Part shown: positions 52,695 to 64,000 of the stretch, in pieces
Layout: each line of letters begins with the position of its first letter
How positions within the stretch are numbered: the stretch's first letter is position 1
The notes under the pieces: generated by a model
What the model saw: the letters and a program-made list of their open reading frames with translations, nothing else
Told to the model about the DNA's origin: nothing
Databases searched by the model: none
Program-made: the position numbers and the translations under genes
Source: Octopus sinensis
Taxonomy: Eukaryota
DNA length: 64,000 nucleotides
Direction of reading: 5' to 3'
Assembly (NCBI RefSeq): GCF_006345805.1
Contig: NC_043005.1
Span: 35,712,001-35,776,000, forward strand

Positions 52695-53005
52695 AGCTCA
52701 GTGGTAAGAGCATCAGGCTTACAATCGTGAGGCTGTGAGTTTGATTCCCAGACCGAGTTGTGTGTTGTGTTCTTGAGCAAGACACTTAATGTCATGCTGC
52801 TTCAGTTCACTCAGCCGTAGAAATGAGTTGCAATGTCACTGGTGCCAGTTCTATTGGCATTTGTCTTTCGCTTGGACAACATTGGTGGTGTGGTGAGGGG
52901 AGGCTGGAATGCATGGGTGACTGATGGTCTTTCACAAACAGTCTTATCTGGACATGTACCTCAGAGGGGAACTTTCTAGATCATTTGTGACTGAAGGGGG
53001 TCTTC
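52695..53005 (+). mobile_element. Diverged tRNA-SINE
   Basis: GCTCAGTGGTAAGAGC..GAGTTTGATTCCCAGACC..TGTTCTTGAGCAAGACACTT. Confidence 0.7.
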
Positions 53006-53049
53006 TATCTATTTGTGTATGTATGTGTATATGTATTGTTTTGATGAAC

Positions 53050-54180
53050 TCAGAACTATTAATAGGAATGCCTTGTAGTTGGGTTTGTCTAAATTAGGAT
53101 TCCCTTAAAAGTTTGTAAATATTGGGAAAGCTCTTTGTAAAGGCATGAAAGCCTAAGTAAATTTTGGGGGCATGATGTCTTAGCCATTTGCAGTGTACAG
53201 TGGTGTGAAACAGGGAGACCTTGATGCACCTACTCTCTTTGCAATATATTTTGCTGCCATGCTTTCCAAGACAAAAATGAGATGTAAGATATTTTCACCA
53301 TAGGAAGCGTCTTTAATTTAGCAGGGATGAAATTTATGGGCAATGCATCCATTTCTTTAATAAATGAATTATTATATTCTGATGACTGTGACCTTTTTAG
53401 TCATATGAAGCACGGATTGTAATCATTGATTTCTGCATTTAATGTGGCATGTAATATTTTTGGTTTGACTAGAAATTTAAAGAAAATGGTAGTTTCCCAT
53501 CAATCTCCACCTAGTCAAGTTGTGTAGCAACCCAAAATATATGTGAAAGGTCATCTTAAAATTATTGAATCTTTCACATACCTCAGGAGTGCAGTAAATG
53601 AAGATGGAACATTTGATTCAGAAATTCCTCTAAAGATTCAAAAGACAGCAAAGTCTTTTGGTAGTTTAGAGTTTTGGGTTTGGCCACAAAAAAATAACAA
53701 CGAAGCAAAAATCTCTGTTTATAAATACTTTGTTGTTATTCTTCCTACTGTACTCCTCTGAAATTTGAACGTGTTACAAGCATTGCTTCTGACTCCTGAT
53801 ATGATTCCACTAAAAATGTATATGCTGTATTCTGTAAATTAAATAGAATTCACTCACCTTTGACTCCGATGTACTAGCTGCATCCGGTATTTGTCCCATC
53901 CAGACGATAATTTTGGAAAATCAACTGCATTGGTCTAGACATATTGTCTGCATGGCTGACAAGCATACCCCTAAGCAATTATTGTATTTAGGAACTTGTT
54001 CAGGGAGAAAGGAAGCAAAGTGTATCAAAGAAAAGTTCCAATGATATATTGAAGAACTTGAAGATTGTAGGAATTGATCAAAAGAACCTGGAGAGTCTCA
54101 CAGCAGATTCCTCTACATGGCATTCAAAAGTATGGGATGGTGTGGAAACCTTTGATCAACACAGGCTTATACAGGTAAAT
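53050..54180 (+). mobile_element. Decayed RTE (BovB-like) LINE
   Basis: SGVKQGDLDAPTLFAIYF, LYSDDC, FTYLRS..EIPLKIQK..SFGSL, QLHWSRHI..PKQLL..TW remnants with many stops. Confidence 0.75.
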
Positions 54181-54184
54181 ATTG

Positions 54185-54400
54185 ATTTTAAATTTTGCCA
54201 CAAGGCCAACAGTTTGGGGAGAGAGCGTAAGTTGATTACATTGACCCCCAGTGCTCAACCGGTAATTGTTTCATTGACCCCAAAAGGATGAAAGGCAAAG
54301 TCAAACTTGGTGGAATTTGAACTCAGAATTTAAAGACATGAAATACCACTAAGCATTTTGCCTGGCATCCTAACAATTTCTACCAGTTCATCACCTTAAT
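54185..54400 (-). mobile_element. tRNA-SINE (family of 31314-31547), CpG-decayed
   Basis: TGACCCCAAAAGGATGAAAGGCAAAGTCAAAC..TTTGAACTCAG. Confidence 0.75.
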
Positions 54401-54901
54401 ACCAGTAAATATTGAGAGGAAAATAAAAAAGGGAATATGAATTTGTTGGAATTTTTTCTACTTGTAAGTTTTGTTGCAAAGACTGCCTGTCTGAGATGAC
54501 TTTAAATGTCACATAAGAACTTTGTATAGATTATACAACATATCTATCAGTTAACACCAATGCCACAAATGCCACAAGATTTGCAAATCTTCTGGAGATA
54601 TGAATAAGCATATCAGGATTCATCAAAATCAGACACCACATCCATTTCAATTTGCACAAAAACTAGGGTGCAATTTATGTGGACGTGTTCTTAAAAGTAT
54701 GTTTAGTCTTAAAAAAAAACCCACTTAAGATCTCGTGCCAGAGCTGAATCTCATGTATACTGAGATGGTCAAGCTTTATATTGGGCCATCATATATGTAT
54801 GTATATGTGTATCCATATGTGTATTTATGCATATGTATATATGTTTGTGTGTGTATATGTAATATCAATATTTATATATATATATCGCAATTTGACTTGT
54901 T

Positions 54902-54932
<31 letters not shown>

Positions 54933-54950
54933 GTGTGTGTGAGCAGATAA

Positions 54951-54990
<40 letters not shown>

Positions 54991-55159
54991 ATTTGTATAT
55001 ATGTGTATGTATATATATATATGTATATGGATGTATGTGTATATATGTACATGTATGTGCATATATGTATATATGTATATGAATGCATGTGTATATATGT
55101 ATATGAATGTATGTGTATATATATGTATGTATATGAATGTATATATATATATATATATA

Positions 55160-55190
<31 letters not shown>

Positions 55191-55755
55191 CACTACATAT
55201 ATATATATATATATATATACACTACATATATATATATATAATATATATATATATCTTATTATAAAAGGCAGATTTTATCTGCCTCCCTTTGGGAGTTATA
55301 CAAATCTACAATATAGGATTTCTTCAATTACAATTTACCTTGCATTTTTGAGAGTACAATGCATTGCGTCATGCCAGGTCCAGTTTTTAAAATTTAAACT
55401 CCAGTTAAGCAAAATTTACAGAAAACTCACATTCTGGTGTGTGTGGTCAAATGCTTTTCTTAGTCTGGTTTACAGCACACGCAAACGCACACACACAGTG
55501 GCAACGAATAAAATGAAAGTAATTGACTTACTGTAGTGAGTGATTCTTTCACTCTGCCTCCCACTTCCTCTTTCCACACAGACACGCAAATATATAAATA
55601 AAATTGTAAGCTAACGTGCGTGTGTGTCAGTGGGTGTGTGTGGGTGTGCGCGTGTGTGTGTGTGTGTGTGAGGGTGCGTGTGTGTGCGTGTGCGTAAGTG
55701 TGTGACAGGAAAGTTTTTTTACGACGAATATAACACCTATATCCAAGTAGCAGAA

Positions 55756-56236
55756 AGATAAGACAGTAAGTTGTGATTTGAGGGAGATTTGGTTGCTATT
55801 TCTACCATGTCTAGCTGCCATGTAGGGGTCTCCCTCATAGGCTCATACATACATATATACATAGATAAGACAGTAAGGTGTGATTTGGGGGAAATTTGGC
55901 TGCTATTTCTACCAGGTCTAGCTGCCATGTAGGGGTCTCCCTCATAGGCTCATACATACATATATACATAGATAAGACAGTAAGGTGTGATTTGGGGGAA
56001 ATTTGGCTGCTATTTCTACCAGGTCTAGCTGCCATGTAGGGGTCTCCCTCATAGGCTCATACATACATATATACATAGATAAGACAGTAAGGTGTGATTT
56101 GGGGGAAATTTGGCTGCTATTTCTACCAGGTCTAGCTACCATGTAGAGGTCCCCCTCATTGGCTCATATATATATACATACATAAGACAGTAAGGTGTGA
56201 TTTGAGGGAGATTTGGCTGCTGTTTCTACCAGGTCT
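55756..56236. repeat. 107-bp minisatellite, ~4.5 copies
   Basis: Unit starts at 55756, 55863, 55970, 56077 and ~56180. Confidence 0.95.
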
Positions 56237-56596
56237 GTTAGGCCTTCTCATGTAAACTCAAGCTTTCTCATGCCTTCAACATATGACCAAAGCAGAGAAT
56301 GTATTCTTTTATTCTTCTGCTTTTTCCAGCCATTGGTCTGTGGCATGCTGGGGCAATGCCTTGAAGAATTGTAGTTTAATGAATCAACTCCAGTTTTATT
56401 TTTGTAAGCATTGTACTTATTCTATCTGTTTCCTTTGTCAAACCACTAGGTGACAGGGATGTAAACAAACCAACATTCGTTGTCAAGCAGTGGTGGAGGA
56501 CAATCACAAGCACAGACACGCACACACACACACATACATGCATACACATATACACACATACATACATACATATATATATATGTGTGTATATATATA

Positions 56597-56855
56597 TTGC
56601 AGCGTGGAAGGTGTTTGTAAGCCATTTAAGAAACACACAAAAACCGTTACATTCACTTCAACATTTAAATTTAATTTGCCAAAATATTTTCGTCGCTTTC
56701 AGACCGCGACCTGTTCACTGACAAAAATATCGTGCTAACAGGTTGCGGTCTCAAAGCGACGAAAATATTTTCACAAATTAAATTTAAATGTTGAAGTGAA
56801 TCTAACGGTTTTTGTGTGTTTCTTAAATGGCTTATAAACACCTTCAACGCTGCAA
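56597..56855. repeat. Palindrome with 119-bp arms and 21-nt spacer, carrying an HHR variant
   Basis: Arms 56597-56715 / 56737-56855 with ~7 mismatches. Confidence 0.9.
56675..56725 (-). ncRNA. Hammerhead variant with G3-C8 swap
   Basis: UUUGUCA-GUGAACA-G-GUCGC-(9)-GCGAC-GAAA-AUAU-U-U-UGGCAAA; 7-bp stem I, 5-bp stem II, palindromic AAUAUU stem III. Confidence 0.6.
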
Positions 56856-57018
56856 CTGTTTTCGTTCCAGCACACGATCTCAGCTCAAGTCACTTGCTAT
56901 GCAAGTACATCTCTGTAACTATATATATATTTATATATATATATATATATGTATATTGGTAAAAACAGTAAGATAACAAAAGAAGAAAGAGACCTCAATA
57001 TTATGTAAATAGAGGAAA

Positions 57019-57412
57019 TCTTTATATATAAAAGTGAGGTTGTGTGTCTGTCTCCTACGATTTAGATTCCTAACTACTCCCACATTTTGTGGTGCAGTTT
57101 AACCAAAACCGGGTATCTTATAGTCGTGATTCATATCCAGACCGTCTGGGTATTAGCGCGCGTCTACGATGAGTCTACGATTAAAAAAAAATTTACCATC
57201 AATTTTTCCCATTTTTAATCCATTTTTGACATATATAAGGGAAGTAACTCTCTAAAATTTATTATTAAATCTCAGAACGTAAAAAGCTACAGTAACACCC
57301 CTCCCCCTTTGTGGTTAGCCATATTGAGATGGCTATTATACTTTACATCTCTAAAAATGCTTATATAATTATTTCCCTTACAAACCCGAGCAACGCCGGG
57401 TGATACTGCTAG
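57019..57412 (+). mobile_element. Complete 394-bp non-autonomous Helitron
   Basis: A|TCTTTATATATAAAAG ... CCCGAGCAACGCCGGG hairpin ... CTAG|T. Confidence 0.85.
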
Positions 57413-57434
57413 TATATATATATATATATATACA

Positions 57435-57590
57435 CTACACTCATGAAGTGGTTGGCATTAGGAAGGGCATCAAGCTGTAGAAACACTGCCAGATCAGACT
57501 GGAGCCTGGTGCAGCATCCTGGCTTCCCAGACCCTGTTCGAACCGTCCAACCCGTGCTAGCAGGGAAAACGGACGTTAAATGATGATGAT
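57435..57590 (+). mobile_element. 3' part of a SINE ending in (GAT)n
   Basis: GTGGTTGGCATTAGGAAGGGCATC..CCAACCCGTGC..GGACGTTAAATGATGAT; relatives at ~14020-14090, 61750-62210, 63200-63610. Confidence 0.7.
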
Positions 57591-57761
57591 ATGTATATGT
57601 ATGTGTATATATGTATATGTATGTGTATACATATATATATATGTATGTATATAGAAGTGTGTATGTATATAAATATATATGTATATGTATGTATATATAT
57701 ATGTATGTATCTGCGTATGTATATGTATATGTTTGTATCTGTATATGTATGTATATATATA

Positions 57762-58230
57762 TTTATGCATATGTATATATGCATATATATACTTATGTAT
57801 GTACATATGTATATATATGTATGTACATACGTACATATGTATGTATATATGTATGTTCATACATATATATATATAAAAACGGCAAAATATCTGTGTGTGT
57901 GTCCTTTATACAAATCCACAATTTTTCAGTTAGAGGGCTTGCGCTTTCTATGGTCATTCAAATCCATCCAAGGGTGGTCGTGCACATCTTTACATTTCCC
58001 CAGTCACCCCGCAAAGCCATTAAAAAATCAATAGAAGTGACTTTTTTGTGAATTTTCTATCCAAAACCCAATTAAAATGCCCGAAACTTGATACAGCAAT
58101 TGAATGCCAGCTAGCTGTATGTGATTGATCGGAGATTTGGCCAGTACTCGCGTGTATGTGCGCACGCACGTAGCTGTATATGCATGTACTAGCACTATGA
58201 CCCTGCAACACCGGGTCACAATGCTAGTAT

Positions 58231-58261
<31 letters not shown>

Positions 58262-58727
58262 TTATGCATATGTATATATGCATATATATACTTATGTATG
58301 TACATATGTATATATATGTATGTACATACGTACATATGTATGTATATATGTATGTTCATACATATATATATATAAAAACGGCAAAATATCTATGTGTGTG
58401 TGTCCTTTATACAAATCCACAATTTTTCAGTTAGAGGGCTTGCGCTTTCTATGGTCATTCAAATCCATCCAAGGGTGGTCGTGCACATCTTTACATTTCC
58501 CCAGTCACCCCGCAAAGCCATTAAAAAATCAATAGAAGTGACTTTTTTGTGAATTTTCTATCCAAAACCCAATTAAAATGCCCGAAACTTGATACAGCAA
58601 TTGAATGCCAGCTAGCTGTATGTGATTGATCGGAGATTTGGCCAGTACTCGCGTGTATGTGCGCACGCACGTAGCTGTATATGCATGTACTAGCACTATG
58701 ACCCTGCAACACCGGGTCACAATGCTA

Positions 58728-58761
<34 letters not shown>
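57762..58761. repeat. Near-identical ~500-bp tandem duplication (microsatellite flank plus Helitron)
   Basis: Units 57762-58260 and 58261-58761; CTAG ends at 58227 and 58728. Confidence 0.92.
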
Positions 58762-58766
<5 letters not shown>

Positions 58767-60629
58767 GTGAAATAGAAAGATGAATAATCTTGTAGTAGAT
58801 TAATCAAAAGTTTAACCGATACCTAGAATGAAATAAAACGATTTCTGTTCAATCTGCGTTCAGCTCCATTTCTTCAATTCACCTATATATATATATATAT
58901 ATACAAGATAAGAAAATGGAGAAATACATCTAAATCAAATATCAATTATCAGATAATACTCAATCACATACTTTATTAAACCACCACATAAGAGACTGTA
59001 GGGTTAATATATGTATATATGTGTTTGTATATCTGTATATATATATATGTGTGTGTGTGTATATATATATATGCATGTGTGTGTGTATATATATATGCAT
59101 GTGTGTGTGTACACCTGTATATATATATATATATGTATGTGTGTATATATATGTATATGTGCGTGCGCATTTGCACACAGTCTGTATGACTCAGCGCATT
59201 TTTGTGTTTTGCAAAGACGCACTATCATGTGTTTTGGCTTTCAAACGTGCAAGCTTTTTTGATTTGAGAAATGCAGGGAATAATTAACGAGTTAGGATCT
59301 CCATAGCTACATTCCTCAATGGTTCTGAATCCAATGCAGTCGTTCTCCTTTGAAACAAACCTGCCATGCACATCTCTACGGCCAATTTCCTCTACAGCCA
59401 TGTCATTTAGAACCCCTAGGATGGGTTAGTTATAGATAGGAATTAAAGGCTCCTGAGCCCCCTTCAGTAAGGTTAGTCTAGGTTTTAGTTGAAGGCTTAG
59501 TTGTGTTCCGAACCTAACCTCTTCCGTTACAGTTGATCAGGAGCCCGATTAACCTTGTGGTGAAAAGGCATACCTATTATTTATACCTTAGTTAACCTTG
59601 ATGTCTTATGTGCTTCTATGCGTCATGAACTTATAACTATTGACCTCACTGTGTTACTTGCTTTAATGTGTCACACTCATAAAATCACTTTGAATGTTTA
59701 TTTTTTGTGCTCTAATTGCTCTACCTTTTTGCCAGAATCAGCACTTTTCTTCCCACCATTGCTATTCACTCATAGGACGAGGGGGTTAGGTGAGGTGGGG
59801 GTTGGTGTCAAAAGGGCTGGCATGCGCAACTTGATCACCTCTGCCAGTCAAACTCCCAACCCATGTGTTCCCGTTATGACACTGATTGCACAGAACTCAA
59901 CAAACGAGATTTATGTGTATTTTCAAAATCATGCTATTTTAATACTATAATAATGAAATAATTGTATACAGTGTTCAGGTGCACCACAACTTGTCAAAAG
60001 TGCATATAAAGCATATGCAGTAATGTACAAATGTCTGGCAGCCAAATTCGAGTTTTTCACTTTCTTCTGCCTCCTTTTTTGTCTGACTAATGGCATGTGC
60101 AGAGTCCCGCAAATTTTCCATGATTATGCCATTCCAGGTGTGAAAACTGAAGTCCAATGAATATTAATTACTCTCATAAAAAGCTCCAACTAGCTCATAA
60201 ACAACAAAACTGGCCCAGGCTGAAATGTGATAAGAAACTTAGCTCTTGATTTAGTGAGAAATTTTTACTGTGACCCGGCAACGAACAACAAGCACTAGCA
60301 CTAGACCCGGCAATGCTGGGTCATAGTGCTAGATTAAACTAATTAAATACTATTTTACAGAATAATAGAATTAAAATTTCTTTGATTAAAACCCTTTCTA
60401 ACATGGAAGTATCCAAAGAGCATTTAAGGCGCATAATGCTTTATGAGTACAAAAAGTGAAGTACTGTACAGTGGGTCTGAACTCATGACCATATGGTTGA
60501 GAAGCAAACTTCTTAACCTCATAGCTATGCCCCTGTCTATGTATATTCAAAAATGTTTCCTAAACTAAATAAAATATGAAAGTGTATTAAGTATAGGGTT
60601 GATATTGATTGACTCAAATAAAGTGTCGA

Positions 60630-60835
60630 GCTGGTAGAGTCATTAGTATGCTGGGTAGAATCATTAGCAATATTGCATCTGTCTTTATGTTCTGAGTTCA
60701 AATTCTGCCAGGGTGGACTTTGCCTTTCATCCTTTCGGGGTTGATAAAATATGTACCTGTTGAACACTAAAGTCAATTTAATTAACTCATCCCCTCCCTC
60801 AAATCTGCTGGCTTTGTTCCAAAATTTGAAATTAA
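60630..60835 (+). mobile_element. tRNA-SINE (family of 31314-31547)
   Basis: GTTCTGAGTTCAAATTCTGCC..GACTTTGCCTTTCATCCTTTCGGGG. Confidence 0.75.
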
Positions 60836-60883
60836 TATTGATAGTGCCACTACAGTGGTAAGTAATTATTGTCTAAAGTTCCA

Positions 60884-61145
60884 GTTCTCATTCCTAAGGT
60901 ATATGGTGTAGTGGTTAAGAGCGCAGGCTACTGACCCCAAGATTCCGAGTTCGATTCCAGGCAGTGACCTGAATAATAATAATAATAATATTAATAATAA
61001 TATCGAAAAATTCCTTAGGAACGAGAACCCTGGTTCAAAATTTCCCCCAAGACACCTGATGAAGGCTGGAGGGTATATCAGCCGAAACGTATTGTTAACA
61101 ACAAACAAGATGGGGACAAATATCCGCCAAATGTAAATAATGTAC
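60884..61145 (+). mobile_element. Composite element: tRNA-like Pol III head, (AAT)n, and an HHR-bearing Penelope-like tail
   Basis: A-box TGGTGTAGTGGTTAAG, B-box GAGTTCGATTCC; HHR motif 61051-61096; inverted repeat 60884-60900 / 61012-61028. Confidence 0.7.
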
Positions 61146-61899
61146 GTAGAATTAAGCTTATTAAATTGAAAATCAATGGGAACTTCTGGAATGTAATTTA
61201 TGTTTCATGTTAACTCATATGTCAATAATGGTTGTGAATTACCTTGCAGTATTTATTTGAATATTTTTAAACTCTCTCTCTCTCTCTCCCCTCTACCTCA
61301 TTCTCTTTCTTTCTCACCTGTCTACTGTGTCTTTTTTACTATTCTACTGCTCTTCGTCCATATCATAATAGGTCATACCCATCCCTTACCCAGTCTTTAC
61401 AATTTTCTCCTACACTTCTCCACCTTCTTCATTACATCCACTCATAATATTCACTTTCTCACCCATTCCCCCATCTCTCACTCTCCCTTACTTCTTGCAA
61501 CCTCGCCTACCTTGCTCTCAATTCCCCTACCACAGATCTCACATTACCTCCGTTTTATCTTTTCCCTACCCTAATCACCCCCTCCCCCCGCCACATTCTC
61601 TTCTCCAATGCATGTAGTCATATGTCATCTCTATGGCAAAAACTTATTCTGCCCCTTTTTCTCATACTTTTGCTCCTCATTGCCTAGCATAAAGTTGCTC
61701 CTCATTGCCTAGCATAAAGTTGCTCCTCATAGAGTAGGGAGTATTACAATCTGCATGGCAACCTCACCAGTGCTGCTGCTAGGAAAAAAAGCACCCAGTA
61801 CATGCTATAAAGTGGTTGGTGTTAGGAAGGGCACCCACCTGTAGAAACCATGCCAAAGTAGATAGTGAAGCTTGATACGTCCTCTGACTTAGATCCTAT

Positions 61900-62128
61900 T
61901 TCTTTACTACCCACAAGGGGCTAAACACAGAGAGGACAAACAAGGACAGACAAACGGATTAAGTCGATTACATCGACTCCAGTGCGTAACTGGTACTTAA
62001 TTTATCGACCCCGAAAGGATGAAAGGCAAAGTTGACCTCGGCGGAATTTGAACTCAGAATGTGACGGCAGCCGAAATACTGCTAAGCATTCCGGCTGGCG
62101 TGCTAACGATTCTGCCAGCTCGCCGCCC
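61900..62128 (-). mobile_element. tRNA-SINE nested in another SINE (61750-62210)
   Basis: Reverse complement of the 31314 family; 20-bp TSD TCCTCTGRCTTAGATCCTAT at 61880-61899 and 62129-62148. Confidence 0.88.
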
Positions 62129-64000
62129 TCCTCTGGCTTAGATCCTATCAAAGCAACCAACCCATGCCAGTATGGAAGGTGGATATTAAATAACGATGGT
62201 AAAGTACATAAATGGTGTACTTTGTTTCTGATTACCAAAATCACGAGAATGTCAAACTAAATGGCTGTAGTATTTTTTTAGTTGTTGCCTTTTATGTCCT
62301 GAGTTCAAATCCTACTGAGATCAATGCTACTTTTTATCCTTGCATGATCAATGAAATAAAGTAGCAATCAAGTACTGGATCGATTTAATAGCCTTATGAA
62401 GCATCCTAGATGTGAAAATAGTCATAATAGAAGTTGGGGTTAATCAATATTGCAATAATGATTGACATAATGCTTTGCCTGTGAGTGTTTAATTAATAAT
62501 TCAGTGATATTATATTGTGATGTGGAAAAATAGTGTTCGTTTGCTTCTATATAATATGGTATACATGTAGAATAGCGTCTATGAAAGACAAAGCCTTTTG
62601 CACAACTAGAAGACTCTGAGTAAACTTAAAATGGCATAGTACTTCTATAAACATTATACGGTATATTGAGTAAAATGAAATATTGATTCATCTTCTGCCT
62701 CTCTCTGTCTCTCTGCCCCCCATCCTACCATTTACTTCACAGAAGAACAATTTTGGTTATTTTAGGATTTGCAAAATACATTATATTCATTTTTCTTTCC
62801 TTCTGGCTGTGTCAGAAATTTTCATTGCACTTTTGTGGCTTGGCCTTTCTCTGTGTCTTCCTTAAATGCCACTCTGTCAATTATGATGACAATGGTTCCA
62901 ATTGATCTGATCAATAGAACAGCCTGTTTGTGAGATTAATGTGCAAGTGGCTGAGCACTCTTCAGACATGCATACCCTTAACAATAGTTCTATGGGAGAA
63001 TCAGCATGACACAGAATGAAATACAGGTACTACCCATTTATGTCAGATGAAAGAACTGGATCAGCATGAAATAAAATGTCTTGCTCAATAACACAATGCT
63101 TCACCAGCAATTGATCTCAAAATCTTACAATCGTTAGTTGAATACCCTAACCACTAAGCCATGCACCATCTCTCCTTTACCTATATGCACACTAATGGAA
63201 ATCATTATCATCATTGTTTAATGTCTTCCATCCATGCTGGCATTTGACAGGAGCTGACCAGGTGGAAGACTACCCTGGGCTACTGTGTCTGTTTTGGCAT
63301 ATCCTTCCTAACCAATCACCTCACAGAGTGGATTGAGTGATTTTTACGTGGCACCAGCAGAGGCAAGTTAGTTTTGGCATGGTTTTTTACAACTGATGCT
63401 CTTCCAAATGCCAACCACTTCACAGTGTGGACTGGATGCTTTTTACATGGCACCAGCACTGGCAGGGTCACCAAGTAATTTGCAAGACAAGGAATTGTGA
63501 AAGGTGAGGGGGCATTGGTGGAAGTGATCTTGTGTCAGATGATGAAATGTTAGGTGTAACAGAGAGAGAGAGGCAGAAACAGGTGTCTTGCTATAGAGGA
63601 AATACCTGGCCAGAGAGAAAGAGAAAATTATTTGGTTGAGGAAAATGTTTGTGCACCATGTTAAGCATTATTTTAACACAGCATTTTTTAAAAATAATGC
63701 CATGTTAAAATAATGCTTAACTTGGTGCACTAACTTTTTCCTCACCCTAATATTATATTTACTTATTTGCTAAATATGTTTCCAGTTCTGATTCGAGTGC
63801 AAAACCAATGTTTCCAACAGCTGAATGATTCTCTGAGGTTTTTCTTCAATCTGAATTCTAAACACACTCCTTGTATAGTGTGATTAGTTTTGTTTGTAAC
63901 CTTAAGTCTGCTAAAGGTATATCATCATCACCATCACTGTTTAACATTCACTTTTCCATACTTGCTTAGGTGAGATGGAATTTGCTGAGTAGATTTTCTA

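Noticed and set aside
55254-55615. Helitron-like 5' start (A|TCTTATTATAAAAGG)
   Set aside because: No hairpin or CTRR end found, so not annotated
55756-56236. Regular repeats as a possible CRISPR array
   Set aside because: Whole 107-bp units repeat with no unique spacers; eukaryotic context

Overview
AT-rich, microsatellite-saturated animal genomic DNA. The SINE, Helitron and LINE repertoire suggests an octopus or other coleoid mollusc; this is inferred from recalled repeat families and not verified. No host protein-coding gene can be supported with confidence, and almost all listed ORFs are microsatellite artefacts or TE remnants. The window holds decayed TEs: a CR1/L2-type LINE, a Tx1-like LINE, RLE-type LINEs, RTE LINEs, a Gypsy remnant, Tc1 (DD36E-spaced) and maT-like mariners, Helitrons, 8-bp-TSD MITEs, tRNA-SINEs and a Penelope-like element. 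The main signal is a set of minimal type I hammerhead ribozyme (HHR) motifs found by eye. (i) At 12.6-14.0 kb a retrozyme-like head-to-tail array of 412/425-nt non-coding monomers carries three identical canonical HHRs on the minus strand, capped by an inverted HHR-less segment. (ii) About six other unrelated repeat families carry HHR or HHR-variant motifs, including one with a compensatory G3-C8 core swap (56.7 kb) and one fused to a tRNA-derived Pol III head (61 kb). (iii) A decayed Penelope-like GIY-YIG element (46.4-47.9 kb) is a plausible type of mobilising partner. All ribozyme calls come from manual motif and pairing inspection; activity is untested.
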